Assembly (NCBI RefSeq): GCF_000143415.4
Contig: NW_003314271.1
Span: forward strand, 2,214,806-2,278,805
Direction: 5' to 3'
DNA: 64,000 nucleotides
DNA from: Selaginella moellendorffii
Taxonomy: Eukaryota; Plantae; Lycopodiophyta
Shown: in pieces, positions 36,846-50,041 of the stretch
How the letters are laid out: each line of letters starts with the position of its first letter
Numbering within the stretch: the stretch's first letter is position 1
Translations under genes and position numbers: made by a program
Notes under the pieces: model-generated
Databases searched by the model: none
What the model saw: only the letters and a program-made list of their open reading frames with translations
What the model was told of the DNA's origin: nothing

Positions 36846-39467
36846 ATGTGGGTAGGGAAGGTTAGTGTAATTGAAGTTTGAATGCCAGTGTTAACAAACA
36901 TTGCCATAGACAAAGAAGGACTTAATAGGATCAAAAAAGGATATTAGGGGATGGTGTTTCCTTATATCTTAGGGCATTCTAAAGATGCTAATGAGTAGTT
37001 ATAAGGTGACTACTCATGGATAATGGTCTAGTCTTTGAGGGATGAGATCATAATACAAATGGTATTAAACTTTTATTAAGATAATGAGTATAGATATGGC
37101 TTTAGAGTAAGAGGTTAGTATGTTAGTGGTACCTTTGGGTGTTTAAAGTGGGATTAGAGATATAAAGTATTGGACAAAGTGCAAATGTAAGGTGGCTTGA
37201 AGCCCCTTTTTAATTGGGAGGAGGACTTATAGAAGTTGTGAGTGAGACTTCTCCAAGTGATCATTGGTGTGGTTAAGTGATTAAAGTAAAATAGAAAATT
37301 TAATTACTTATATTCTGAAGACAGAATCAAAATCCTAACAGGTAGCATCTTAAAACTCATATAAAGAAATGTAAGAATTGTAGATTGAATAAACAAAAGA
37401 AGAGAAAGATCAATATCACATCACTTCCAATCCACTATAAAGTTATATGTCAAACTAAGAAAGATTGAAGACAATAAAAGTCTTTGGGATAGAAATAATA
37501 TTGCTACAAACTTAGCAAAATTTGAAATTAATCCTAATTTTTGTCACCTCTATGATGAGTGTAAAGGAGCTTTGTCAACTTAGCATAAGTTGGATTTTGA
37601 GTTGGTTGAAGGAGAATGCCATGAGAAAATATGAATAAATGAATAATGAATAAATGAATAAAGTTTGCCTTAACACCACTTGTGAAGTGTTAAATAAAGG
37701 GATTGAAATCTTGAAAAATATAATCACTCTTTCTAAAAAGGGTGGAAAATAAAAAAAGAGGCATCTTAATAAAAAGAGATTTAATCAGGCCCATACAAAA
37801 AGTTGGAGTGGAATATTTGCTAAATTGCATAGCAATTCAAAACTTGTCTTAATTAAGGAAGCCATAGAACTCAAACCATGTATTATCAAACTTTTTTGGC
37901 ATACCAATCTTTGGCTTTAAACCAAAAAGTTGTTGTTAGTGCTTGGTGAATGAAGTACTATAATGGATTTCTCCAACACTTCATATAACTTATACAGAGT
38001 ATAGAAATTTGATATTGGAGTTAAAGAAGAGGATCTATTTTTATTAGAGTGTTCAAATTTTTAGGAGCTTGTTGTCAAGAGAAGATAAGACAATGAAATT
38101 ACTAATAAAATACTAAAATAATAGAGAATAAAAAATAAATTTGTGGAACACTATGAATATAGTCTTTAAAAGTCTACTTTTATATAGGCTTTAAAAATTA
38201 ATTTGATTCAATCCTAAGCTAATTTAGAAATTTAATTTGGGTATACTAATCTCATATACCCATTTATGTGTATAGTTCAAATTCTATGAGTTGAGGTTTG
38301 GGGTTCAATTTCTAATACTTTTTAGTCAATAAATAGTAAATACATTAATAATAAAAGAGTTAAAGTAAAAAAATTAATTATTTAAAATATTAGGTTGAAT
38401 ATGAGATTTTGATATATTATCACCACATCTTGGAATCTTTGGAGAATTAATGGGAATAAAAAATAGTCAATAAATCTCAGTAATTTTTCCAATTGACCTG
38501 AAAGAAGAGAGATTATAAAATGCACTATATATAATATTGAAGCAAGTTGTATTTTTATTGATTTGTAGCTATTAAAATTGTAATATGCCTTTTTATATTG
38601 AAATTTTATTTTCATGGGTATTTAGGAATCTCTTGTAGGACTATAGTATGGGTAGATAATCAATTCACCTCACATGAAATAGTTAGTTTCTATAATGGTA
38701 AGATTGATAAATTCATTTTTTAAATTTAGTTCCTTTTTGGCTTAATGAGGCTGTTTGTTAAGGAGGATATTAACATCAATAAAGTTTTACTATAGCATTT
38801 ACAAATGATTAGCTGCTACACTGATTAAGAACTATAATTAGCATATTACATAGGCAGAGTAATACATGTATATACATACATATATTTACAGACTTTACAA
38901 TACTAAATATATAAAAAAAATTATTTAAAATAAAAATTATATAAATTTTCTAATTTAGGATTTTAGGAAAATATTATACTATAAATGTATCTACAAATTA
39001 TATACACAAATCATTAAAGTGGGACTTCATACTAATATTTTTTGCTAGCAACACAAATGGATGCTTGAGCATTGACTAAATCTCCCAGATATACAAAATT
39101 TAGGGTTTATTACCAGAGCTCTTTGCCTACATACACACAATCAAATAAGAGAGAAGAATTAAAAGTGGTGTGTACTCACAATCCATCTCTTGGGCCATGG
39201 ATGCAATGGATGTGATGTTAGGAATTTTAAAAATCAGAGAACTACAGAACTTACGTTTGTGAAGTAGGACCATGTCATTGAGCCAAGCATTTGAGATCTT
39301 GGCTGTCTTGACGTGCTTGAGAGACTTGGCAAATTGGAAGATTTGCATTTTCTTCGAGGCACAAACCCTCTTGGATGTCTTTAGTATCAGAAGAGAATGT
39401 CATGGGAACATTGAAATGAAAAATCCTTTTCTTTTTCTTAAGTTTAAGTTTTACAGAAGTTGATCGA

Positions 39468-40067
39468 TCAAACAGTGGCTACACGCCGCAATGGATTCCA
39501 CTGGACCTTTGGGGCAGTGGTTCTAGGTGCGTCACTGAAGCTCAGGAACTGAGCTGGTGCCTCCCGTCCCATGTTAGCGTGCACTGCCACCTTGTTGCCG
39601 CCCTTAAGTTTGTTGACGGGCTCACACTCAATCTTCATTGTCATACTTGTCTCTAATTGCTTAGTCACCTTGGATTTGACCTTCCTCCTCATGGGCATCT
39701 TGGCCTTGACCTCCCTCCTCATGGGCTTCTTGCTCGTGATCTTGCGAGTGGCTTCTACTTTTGCCGGATTAGGAACACTATTTGGTGGATTGAGTTTGAT
39801 CTTGACGATGATCGGACCCCTAGAGCAAGCCTTAGGGTCCTCTTGCTCCCCCTTGATTTCCTTGTCTTGGAGCTGTTGGTCCATTTTGGTCCTCTTGATC
39901 ATAACCTTCCCACCTTTGGCTTCTTCGTTCTCGTCGCGTCCTCTCTTCTTGAGAGTTACCTCCCTATCTTTCTTCTGATCCTCGTCCCTCATGAGTATAT
40001 CGTTATCGATGATGAGCTCCCTCTCAATCCGCATCCCACTGTGCACTTTGCTCACAAAACTATCCAT
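39468..40067 (-). CDS. Hypothetical Lys/Arg-rich protein (~199 aa)
   Basis: Open frame from ATG 40067 with coding-like composition and an internal duplication KKPMRREVKA/KMPMRRKVKS. No family recognised. Confidence 0.4.
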   Translation of the reverse strand: MDSFVSKVHSGMRIERELIIDNDILMRDEDQKKDREVTLKKRGRDENEEAKGGKVMIKRTKMDQQLQDKEIKGEQEDPKACSRGPIIVKIKLNPPNSVPNPAKVEATRKITSKKPMRREVKAKMPMRRKVKSKVTKQLETSMTMKIECEPVNKLKGGNKVAVHANMGREAPAQFLSFSDAPRTTAPKVQWNPLRRVATV

Positions 40068-40379
40068 GCCCCTTTTGCGCAAACCCTGATTTGTGTTAAT
40101 GCTAAAAGGGTTTTTATAGTCGACTAACACAACCAAAATAACATAAACCGATAAATAATACGCTTTATTGATCAAAGGCCGAGGAGAGTTTTCACGTTGA
40201 TGGGATAGCTTTCGTTGATGTTTCCAGACCATAGCTTGTCTGCGATGAGCTTGTAAGTGGAGCCTGTGGGATACTACTGTGCGGCGTCCTTGCACACTGG
40301 AACGTTTGGCAAGCAAGGGAGGGAGCCATTGTAGTTGTCAAGGCCGCAACAGGCAATGTCATTGTAGAGAAATCCTTGA

Positions 40380-41808
40380 AAAGTTGAGAGTGACTTATCG
40401 AAATACAAAAAAGCTGGAGTAGTTTTTCACGTACCATATTGCGAGTACTTCCCAGAGAACATTGTAGAGGCTGTTGTATATGAGATTGAGGCGAATGGAT
40501 TACAGGGAAGTTTTAGCAGATAAAGCAGACTGGGGGGCCAAAGTTGTGGTGTTATCAGGGAGGAGGAGACAGGGTAAAACTTGTGCTTTGGCAGCGGAAA
40601 TGCTACGTCTTCGGTTTGAGAAGAGTGGTGTGAAGGACAGGGTGGTATTCTATCATTCAGGGGAGCAGGACTTTCCTTCAAGAAGCCGAGATAGTTTTGT
40701 TACAGTCTTTTATGGGGATTGACGAGTTTCCGAACATACATCAAGATAAGATCTGGTTATGGCCTATAAGCTGATTGTGGAAGACGGAACCGTGGCATTC
40801 TCGGTTCTCGAGAGAAATAGACGTGCGCGATAAAGGCGCACAGTTATCAGGCTTACTCTCTCGGGCTAAACTTCCAGATCCAAGCATGGAGGTTGTATTG
40901 GGAATGCATTACATCAGTCGGAGTGCTGGAGCCATGAAATCGCGGCAAGAGTTATGGGATCCTGAAGCTTTCATCCGGAAGTTCCTAGTATGCGGCTACA
41001 ACTTTGCTGATTATGCAGGGGGCCGCACGTTCCAGGATACACTATACCATGGCGTGGACGAGGTTTCAGGTCCATCAGGAAGCAAACTGGTCGGAGTTAG
41101 AAGGATTGTAGCCAATCATTCGCTTACCGAGGCTGTGGATGACTATACTCTGGGTGAGCTGCAGTGAGCAAACATTCTCAGGTCCCGTCCCAATTCCAAG
41201 CCCCCCGGGTGTGACTTTCTGGATCCGCAGTTGTTGCTATGCGTCGATCTACGTGGTCAAGTGGTTCCCAATGTAACTGAGCAACAGGTGACAATGACAG
41301 AGGGGTATCTGTTTCAAGCCATGGTCAGAGCGGAGAACCTTCTTCTTCCTCAACTAGCTGCCGAATATGAAGGTGGACGAAGTCCTGCAGTGCGCCAAGG
41401 CTGGGCAATGTTATTCCGGACGTTGAGTGCGAGGTTGATGCTCTGATGGCCTGTGGGGAGTGGGCAGTGGTGTGTAGTATGCAGCGGAACGCGAGCCAGG
41501 AGATATGGCACGGGGGAGACGGCCTCGATGGTAAACTGGAAATAGCCTGGGAGAGTTGCGTTTCAGCAACGGGGAAAATGAATGCTTCCCCGAAATCCGT
41601 TGTGGTTGACGGAAAGCCGCATGCTGGTGCGGTGTTGATGGAGGCGAAGCAGATCCTTTACGTGGCTTTCTCTGTGATCGAGGAGGAGCCTGCCACTTCC
41701 TGGGGGGACGTGTTCTTCAAGGAGAAGCCTGTCACCGGGCTCAAACTGAAACTGTGGGACCTGGTCAAGGACATCGAGGAATCGGAGGTCATTTCAGATG
41801 AGTTTTAG
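40380..41808 (+). pseudogene. Degenerate P-loop NTPase gene (CR-NTPase-like), possibly with C-terminal nuclease-like domain
   Basis: Canonical Walker A VVVLSGRRRQGKT followed by RVVFY and a frameshifted Walker B FMGIDE. Several stops split 40474-41808 into four ORFs. Confidence 0.55.
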
Positions 41809-42174
41809 AGGCCGTAAAACATTCCTCCCGGCCGCGAGATCAGATTATTATTAATACATGTTTAAGATCATTAGCACCCAGCTAAAAGCATAAGAATCTC
41901 GCAGTGAACAGGTGAAGTGACGTTTTTGCATTTGGATGTGAAACATCCATCAGAAGTACAATCAACAGTTTTCTCCTTCACCTTTAGCACTTTCTTATTA
42001 AACGGTTTGGGAAAAACTCACGAGACGTAAATACATTTTAGCTACGCACCTGTTCAAGCATCAGGCCTGGAAATCTAGTAAGCCTGAAATGAGCGAAAAG
42101 GAAGAACAGCCATGGAGCAAAAGTGAGCTCCTGTTGCTGATGATCCCAAACATATATGTGTAAGTGTCACTCAC

Positions 42175-44061
42175 TCAGTATGGCCGATAGCGCCTCGAGC
42201 TGCTGCCACCAGAGCCCGCGTTGTTACTGCTACTTCTATACGACGATGACAGTACACCCCGGCCAAATTGTGATCCCTGTTGTTGGATCCCAGGTTGTTG
42301 CCTACGCAGCACACCAAATCTTAGCTCTAAGCGCGAAACTTGAAACAAGCTACTTACAGAACATAGCCAAGCCGGCCATCTGGAAGTTGGATTGGAACCA
42401 TTGTCATACCAGCGGGAGGAGGCCCGCGTCCATAGATCAAAGGCTGGAAAGCGAGGAGAAACTTGTGAGAAAGAACAGAAAGAAGAAGCGTGTGATCACC
42501 TGGTTGTATCTGTTTTGTCCATAGCCGCCTCCAGTTCCTATGTTGTTGTAGATGTCAACTGGATAGCTGTAGGCGGCTGTTCTGGGTTGCAACTGAGAGA
42601 GAATTCCCAGTCTCTGAGGAGCTAGAGGCTGGTCCATCCCCTTCTTCTCGACGGGAGGCTTTGCGAGAGACGATTCTAGAACACGACCTGGTAGTTCCAA
42701 GTTAAGAAAACTTTAGCCTGCAAGCAAGGAAACATATAATAAGGCTGAGCATACCTTCTAGCTCGTATTTCTCTGTCTTCTCTATCGCCTTTAGCGCGTC
42801 ATTGCGGTCCGCAAAATGGACAAATCCAAAATCTCTCTTGGGCTGGCCGGGCTTCGATTGAGGCAGCACCACCTTGGTGATCTCACCGTGATGCTCGAAC
42901 AAGCCTCTCAGTTGCTCCTCGGTCACAGCCTCAGGCAGGTTGCGAACGTAGACGACTTTGATCTGCGAGGACATGAAAGAAAAATAAAATCAGTCTTCGC
43001 GCCGCTATCAGCATTTAGCGTTCACCTGTGAGGTGGCAGCAGGTTCCGCCCCTGTACGGGGATCCGCCCAGCTCACCGTGGGTACGTTGTTTCCAAGACG
43101 AAACGATGACCTCGACATTAATTTTCTGGCGTGATCGGCACACGCATGGTTGTAGTACTCGACAAAGGCAAAACCTCGATTCTTGCCAGGATTACGAGGG
43201 TCCTGCATTTAATGAAACACGTTGCTACACTAAATGTGGCATAGTTGCGTACCTTCAAAAGCTCGACACCCTCAACGCCAGGGCCCTCTTCCGCCAAGAT
43301 CTTTTCCAGTTCAGGAGTATCCCAAGACTTGGGTATATTACCAATGAACAGTCTGTGCTTTGCCTGTGAATGAGAAAACCGTAGCTTTCGTCCCTGAAAC
43401 ACAACCAAATCAAACAAAGTTCTGACAAATTAACGTCGAATACTCACCTTCAACTCCGAATTGGCCAATGTTTCTATGGCCTTTTCGGCGGTCTCGCGAT
43501 TTGTATACGTGACAAACGCATAGCCTTTATTGTTTCCAGTCTCCTTGTCCTTGAGAATCCGGACCTGACAATAAAAATGTCATAAAACAGTTCAAATTTG
43601 AATCCATGTACCTCGAAAATTTCACCGCACGGACTGCACAGCTCACGGAGATCATCCTCGTTCGTGTCACGGGTGACACCTCCGATAAAAACTTCCGAGC
43701 CATGGGGAGGACGTGAGAGGAGGCTCTTTGTCTCCTCGTCGTCGTCAACCTTCATATCCCTGTGCGTTTCTTCTGGCTTCTTCTCCACTTCGTCCTCTGG
43801 AATCGTCACATCAACGCTCTCTCCCAGATCAGCGCTTGCATTCTCTCCATTTTGCAGCCCATTTTCGTGATCTGTGGTATAGGCCTCATCTTCGCCACCC
43901 TCGTCTTCGTTCATGTCCAAGTCGAGACCTTCCTGGTCGGCCTTCTCTTCCTCAACAATGCCGTCGGTCTCGTCATCTATAACATCCTCTGGCTCAACGT
44001 CCCCGTCTATGTCAATTCTCTCGTCGTCGTGGACCTCTGGCGACGCTGAGGCGTCCGACAT
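42175..44061 (-). CDS. hnRNP Q/R-like triple-RRM RNA-binding protein
   Basis: Acidic N-terminus, PPHGSEVFIGG, RLFIGNIPK, NRGFAFVEYYNHACA, VVYVRNLP and C-terminal RRYRPY*. Confidence 0.92.
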
Positions 44062-44719
44062 GTCCACTCCCGCTCCTCGGCAGTAGCAGTAAGCAGCTGC
44101 TCACCTAAAAGCTTGTAGTGGAGCTGTGGACAAGGAATAGAAGGGAGCATCCGCAGACGAAGGGCATCAAGAGGAGTAAAAACTGGACAACAGAAAGGGC
44201 TGGAGAGAGAGAAATTTGCTGTTAAGGCCATTTGAGAGCAATGAAAATGTAAAAGAAGAATGAAAGGAAGAGCTTCAAGGCCGTTCTAGACAGTGAACAG
44301 TGAACAGTAGGCTTTGGCCTTCAAGCATTCATGAAAAAAACTAAAGTTCGTTTTTTTGCGATGAAATCGAGATCAAAGACACGGGCACAAACCACCAATC
44401 AGCACCTTCACAGTTAAGTTATGGACCAAATAAACCATTCCACCAAAATGCGCAAAAAACGAAAACAAAATGCTGGTAACCAAACCTACGCGTGAATTTC
44501 AGCTACGCCAATGGATTTCTAGTCTTACCCACGCCCCCCGCGCGCAGCAAAACCCTTCCTAGGAATGGCCAGGCAGAGCATGCAGGAGGAAAGAAAATGC
44601 GAGCAAAAGAGGCACGGAGGAGCTGAATTGAGAGGCCGCGAGGTACCTGAGAATGCGAATTCGGGGATGGAATGAGCGAATTCGCCGCGAGATTGCTGCG
44701 CCAAAAGCCCCTCCTCCCC

Positions 44720-44870
44720 GGCCAAACCCTAGAAGACGACGCTGAGAAGGAACCCTAGAGCGTGGTCATAATAAGTGGCCCAATCCAGAAAATTGAGACA
44801 TGGCCCAAACTAGAACAAAGCATGTGAAAACGTGGAAAGATGGCCAATGAGATTTTATTTGGCCCACCTA
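44720..44870. promoter_or_regulatory. Telo-box plus site II (TGGGCC) module in the hnRNP/CID divergent promoter
   Basis: aaaccctag at ~44724, aaccctag at 44751 and three ggccca sites (~44778, ~44802, ~44861). Confidence 0.5.
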
Positions 44871-45445
44871 AAAGACGGGGGAGCATGGCGTGGACTTTGC
44901 AAAATCCCCCACCCGGATTAATTAGGTTCCGGATTAAATTACCAGCGTAAAGACTAACCAGCTATACATTGTACGGTGATGATTGCCCGGAAAAAAAGAA
45001 AAAGAGGCAGAAATTATAAAAAAAGAAAGAGAGAACGAAATCCACCAAAATGCAGCGAAAATTAGGTCAATGTTTCGTAGCCGTCCAAAAGAGGCCAGCC
45101 CAGCGCTGCTATAGCTATGGCGCGGGCGATCTCTCCGCCCGCGGCCAAGAAAAACGCTCGCCGGCTGCGTTGGTGTGCCCTTGAGCCGTGAGCGATCGCT
45201 CTACCCTTGGGCGTACTTAGCTACGATTAGAGGACACACCCCTTAGGTCTTCTCCCTCTTCTGTTCCTCTCTCTCTCTCTCTTCCCTCCCCTCTCTCTTA
45301 CATGCTTTCCTCGCTGGATCCAAGGGAGCTTAGGGCTTTTGTGTGTTTCTAGGTTTTTGAGAGAGCCGGGGGGAGACGACGACGATCTGGTCCAGCGATG
45401 GCTGGATCTCGCTGGTGAGAGCTCGGATTGGTGCGCCGGCGCGCG

Positions 45446-47222
45446 ATGATGGCGGTTGCAGACAATGCAGGGATGGATGGATCGGTAGGACTGGGACTGG
45501 GAGCCGCGACCGGGTCTTCTCCACAGGGCGGCGGCCCCGGCGGCACTACTAGCAGCTTTGGCGGCATGGATTCATCCCCGGAGCAGCTGTACGAGGTAAG
45601 ATTTCGACCCGATTTCGCTCGATTTCTCTCGCTCTCGATTCCTCCCGCTGGCTCGGGCGCTCTCTACCGTCGCTCATCGGCTTGTCTGTCCAGGTCGGCC
45701 AGTCGCAGCGATCCAACGGCTTGCTAGGCGAGGAGGATGATGAGAATTCCGGCCGGAGTAACGCTAGTAATGACAGTATGAGGGAGCTGGAAGATTTGCT
45801 CAAGAAGCTCAACCCCCTGGCCAAGGAGTTTGTTCCACCTTCTCGTGGAGACCCCGCGCTTTCCAAGGAGCTCCTATCCAAGCAAATTAACCATCAACAG
45901 CAGCAGCTGCAGCAGCAGCAACCACTGCAGCAACAACGCAAGGTGATCTAGAGGTTCTGCTTGAGACCAAGGCTTTCTTTGTGCTTGCTACTTTTTCTTT
46001 TTTTTGCCGGATCTGATCGCAAACTTGGTTTATTCTTTGTGCAGCAAAACGGATACAACACAGGGAAGAAGAGATATAACAATAGGCAAAGCAAAGCGCA
46101 GCGAGAAGAGTGTATCCGGCGGACTGTCTATGTCTCAGATATTGATCAGCAGGTTGGTTTCCTTCTCTTCATCCTCGTTTTTTCTCTTCATGCATGTGGA
46201 TCTTACGTTTGATGCTACCAGGTTACCGAGGAGCAATTGGCAGCATTGTTTATCAATTGTGGCCAGGTGATAATTGCGTACACGATAGTATTTTCGGTTT
46301 GTGGTTCTACTGATTTTGAATTCTTATTCTTCTTTTGCAACTCCAGGTTATTGACTGCCGTGTTTGCGGTGATCCCAATTCGGTTCTGAGATTTGCCTTT
46401 GTGGAATTCACAGATGAAGGTAAGATCGGTTGCTCCTGTTGTCCATTTTTCTTACATGTTGATGTTGATGACACACCATTGATCAGAGGGTGCTCGCCAA
46501 GCACTTAATCTCGCAGGAACTATGCTCGGATTTTATCCAGTTCGAGTTTTGCCCTCTAAGACGGCCATTGTTCCAGTGAACCCGACTTTTCTACCTCGGG
46601 TGAGCTACTTTTTGACTTTTACGCGAAGCTCTTTCTCACATATTTTGCTCGGGTGTTTGTATTTTAACTTCCAGTCAGAGGATGAGCGGCAGATGTGCGC
46701 ACGTACCATATACTGCACGAATATCGACAAGAAGGTGACTTTCGAGGTTGTGTCCAGCGTCGATCTATGACACGGAAGATTTTATTCCAGGTCTCCCAAT
46801 CCGATGTGAAGCTATTTTTCGAGTCACTTTGTGGTGAGGTAAGAAGCATTTTCGAGTCTCTCTCCTTTCGTGTTTGCGCATTTTACGACTCTTTGGTTCT
46901 CTTCGTCCAGGTGTCGCGCTTGAGATTGCTGGGCGACTACCATCATTCTACTCGAATAGCGTTTGTTGAGTTCGCACTGGTGAGCGAATAGATTTGGTCC
47001 TTGGGAGCTCGTTGCTTACGATCACAACCTCTTTCGCAGGCTGAGAGCGCTATGGCTGCGTTGAATTGCAGCGGTGCAATTCTTGGCTCGCTACCAATTC
47101 GGTAAAGACACTCGCTCGATCACCGATTGTTCTTTCTTACAAACTCCCGATACGTCTCTTACAGGGTGAGCCCGTCGAAGACCCCAGTCAGGCCTCGCTC
47201 ACCTCGACCATCTTTGCGCTAA
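45446..47222 (+). CDS. PABP-interacting protein, CID8-13 class (PAM2 + two RRMs)
   Basis: PAM2 KLNPLAKEFVP, poly-Q, IRRTVYVSDIDQQVTEEQLA, RTIYCTNIDKKV and end RVSPSKTPVRPR...LR*. Confidence 0.93.
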
Positions 47223-47632
47223 AGATCGGCGATTACCTGGAAGGTATAGCTTTCGAGCTTTTATTTTTGGTGATCTCTATCACAGGGCTCAGCGGTGCTT
47301 GTTTGCCTTTCTCCCAGGCTGGCACAACAGCACACTGTGCGTGTATCCTTCCCGACATTGGTGAGATTTTTTTTTTCCGGTGGTGGGGGCTTCGGTGGAG
47401 AGAAAAGTAGGCCTTTTTGTTTCACATCTCATCCCTCCTTGAACATAGCACACACAGCGATTGTGAGACACTGATGAGATGAAACAAAGTGGCAAAGGAA
47501 TCTTTGGGAATCTGGGAGAGTCGCAGGGAGAAAAACCATTTTATTTTTGTTTTTGGGTCTTGGTGCGAATATTCTCTGGCTCGCGAGTACCGGGATATTC
47601 GGGAGCGGGCATATTCTCTAGCAAATTGGGAC

Positions 47633-47662
47633 CTACGTGGCACGTGAGGGGCCGACGTGGAC
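47633..47662 (+). promoter_or_regulatory. Triple ACGT (ABRE/G-box) cluster upstream of invertase
   Basis: tacgtggc, cacgtg and gacgtgg within 30 bp, ~180 bp before the ATG. Confidence 0.5.
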
Positions 47663-47838
47663 GCCTGGTGATCGCTCTCTTGGCCAAAAAAGCCTGAGAG
47701 CTATGGAAAAAGAGAAGTTCTTCGCGTGAGTGGGGGCTACCTTTGGTAAAAGAAAAATTTTAGGGAAGGTATTAATGTACACAGCGGTGTGTAGCTTGTA
47801 GGACTGCGTCTTGATTCTTGGAGCGAAGAGAGGGGAAA

Positions 47839-49711
47839 ATGCCGCTGGGATTCGATGCTTCGGCGGCCGATCCATCCGATACGGCGTCAAGAAATGGCGA
47901 TGCGCACCTGTGCGATCTCATCAGCGACATCGATTTCTCCAAGCTTGTGGCGCTCAAGCCCCGGCCGATCGAGACGCAGCGGTCGCTGGACGAGCGCACG
48001 CTCAGTGACCTAGTTTCGCCCGGCATTTCTCCTCTGCCGCCCTCGCGGCACGAGATCGGTGAGAATTTCTCCATGAATTGGTTCCGTTCGGCCTCCAACA
48101 CGCCGCGGTCGCTGCTGGATCCCAATCCCGCGATGATCGATGCATGGGAGCAGCTCCGGCGATCTTTGGTGTATTTCCGCGACAAGCCGATCGGGACAAT
48201 CGCCGCCAACGATCCGGTGGAGGAAAGCCTCAACTATAACCAGGTCGGTTCTTTCTCTTGCCTGTTCTTGCAAGATTTCGCATGCGCGATTGATATTACG
48301 GGCCGCATTCCAGGTTTTCGTGAGAGATTTCGTGCCCAGCGCCCTCGCTTTCATCATGAATGGCGAACCCGAGATTGCGAAGAACTTCCTGATGAAGACA
48401 TTGCGGCTGCAAGCGTGGGAGAAGCGAATCGACTGCTTCACGCTCGGCGAGGGCGTAATGCCGGCGAGCTTCAAGGTATTGCATGATCCCAGCAGGACCG
48501 ACACGATGATCGCCGACTTTGGCGAGAGCGCGATTGGGAGAGTCGCTCCCGTCGACTCGGGCTTCTGGTGGATCATTCTCCTCCGTGCCTATGTCAAGGC
48601 CACCGGCGATCACAACCTTTCCGACGATCCCGACTGCCAGCGAGGGATACGATTGATCCTCACCTTGTGCCTCTCGGAAGGATTCGACACCTTCCCGACT
48701 CTACTCTGTGCCGATGGCTGCTGCATGATCGATCGCCGGATGGTAAGGAGTTTCGATTGAGGTCTTTGTTCTGAGTTTGTGGCTTCTTGCAGGGAATCTA
48801 CGGGTACCCGATTGAGATCCAGGCGCTGTTCTTTATGGCTCTCCGCTGCGCAAAGTTCTTGCTCAAGCCGGAAGCTGGCGGTAAAGAGTTCATCGAGAGG
48901 ATTGACAAGAGGCTCCATGCCCTGCGATACCATCTCCGCTCGTACTTTTGGCTCGACTTCCAGCAGCTCAACAACATCTATCGCTACAAAACAGAGGAGT
49001 ACTCGCACACAGCGGTGAACAAGTTTAACGTGATCCCCGACTCCATACCCGACTGGGTGTTCGACTTCATGCCCATGAAAGGTGGCTACTTCATTGGGAA
49101 TGTGAGCCCGGCGAGGATGGACTTTCGGTGGTTCACGATTGGAAACTGCGTGGCCATCCTCTCGTCGCTGACAACGCCGGAGCAGGCCACCGCGATCATG
49201 GACCTCATCGAGGAGCGCTGGGACGATCTCATTGGGGAGATGCCACTTAAGGTAACGTATCCGGCACTGGAAGGACACGAGTGGAAGATTGTGACCGGCT
49301 GTGATCCCAAGAACACTCGATGGAGCTATCACAACGGCGGCTCGTGGCCAGGTACTTTGCCTCTGCTGCTACATTTGTGACTTCCAAAGTTCTAATTCAT
49401 GTGGGCATTGTCCAGTGCTCCTGTGGCTGCTGACGGCGGCTTGCATCAAGACGGGGCGACCCCAGATAGCTCGCAGGGCCATTGAGATCGCCGAGGCCAG
49501 GCTCAGCAAGGATGGGTGGCCGGAGTACTACGACGGAAAGACAGGTCGCTACATCGGCAAGCAGGCCAGGAAGCTCCAGACATGGTCAATTGCGGGGTAT
49601 CTGGTTGCCAAAATGATGCTGGAGGATCCTTCGCACTTGGGGATGGTGTCACTGGAGGAAGACAAGAAGACCAAGCCGTACCTTACCAGGTCTAACTCGT
49701 GGACGTGCTAG
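47839..49711 (+). CDS. CINV: Cytosolic alkaline/neutral invertase (GH100)
   Basis: [61 protein letters not shown] and terminal RSNSWTC. Confidence 0.97.
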
Positions 49712-50041
49712 ATAGTTCAGGGAGCTCGTCGTACAGGGAGGGGATTCGATCGATCGGTTTAGAGATCTTCAGATAGATAGATAGGCGGGGGACGGAGGCA
49801 GGCCGTTAACTTGTGGTTGGATTATCCGCGGAGGGATTCGATCAGAAGTGGTTTTGTGGCCTGGGGAAAGTAGTTGCTTTTACAGAATAAGCTCCGAGGC
49901 TATATCCTTTTTCGGTGGGGTTGTTTTTACGAGGAGGGTCATCTCATCGCTTCGACCAAGTTCGCTTCTTGGTGAGTGCTGCTCTGGGTTGCTTAGGGTT
50001 GGATAATCTTCTTGTTGCGGTTGTTTTTTCGCGTGCAGGAG

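Larger units (their letters stand above)
30680..39450. mobile_element. AT-rich, CpG-poor island of decayed transposable-element sequence
   Basis: Abrupt composition shift with no intact genes. Contains internal direct and inverted repeats and polypurine tracts. Confidence 0.65.
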
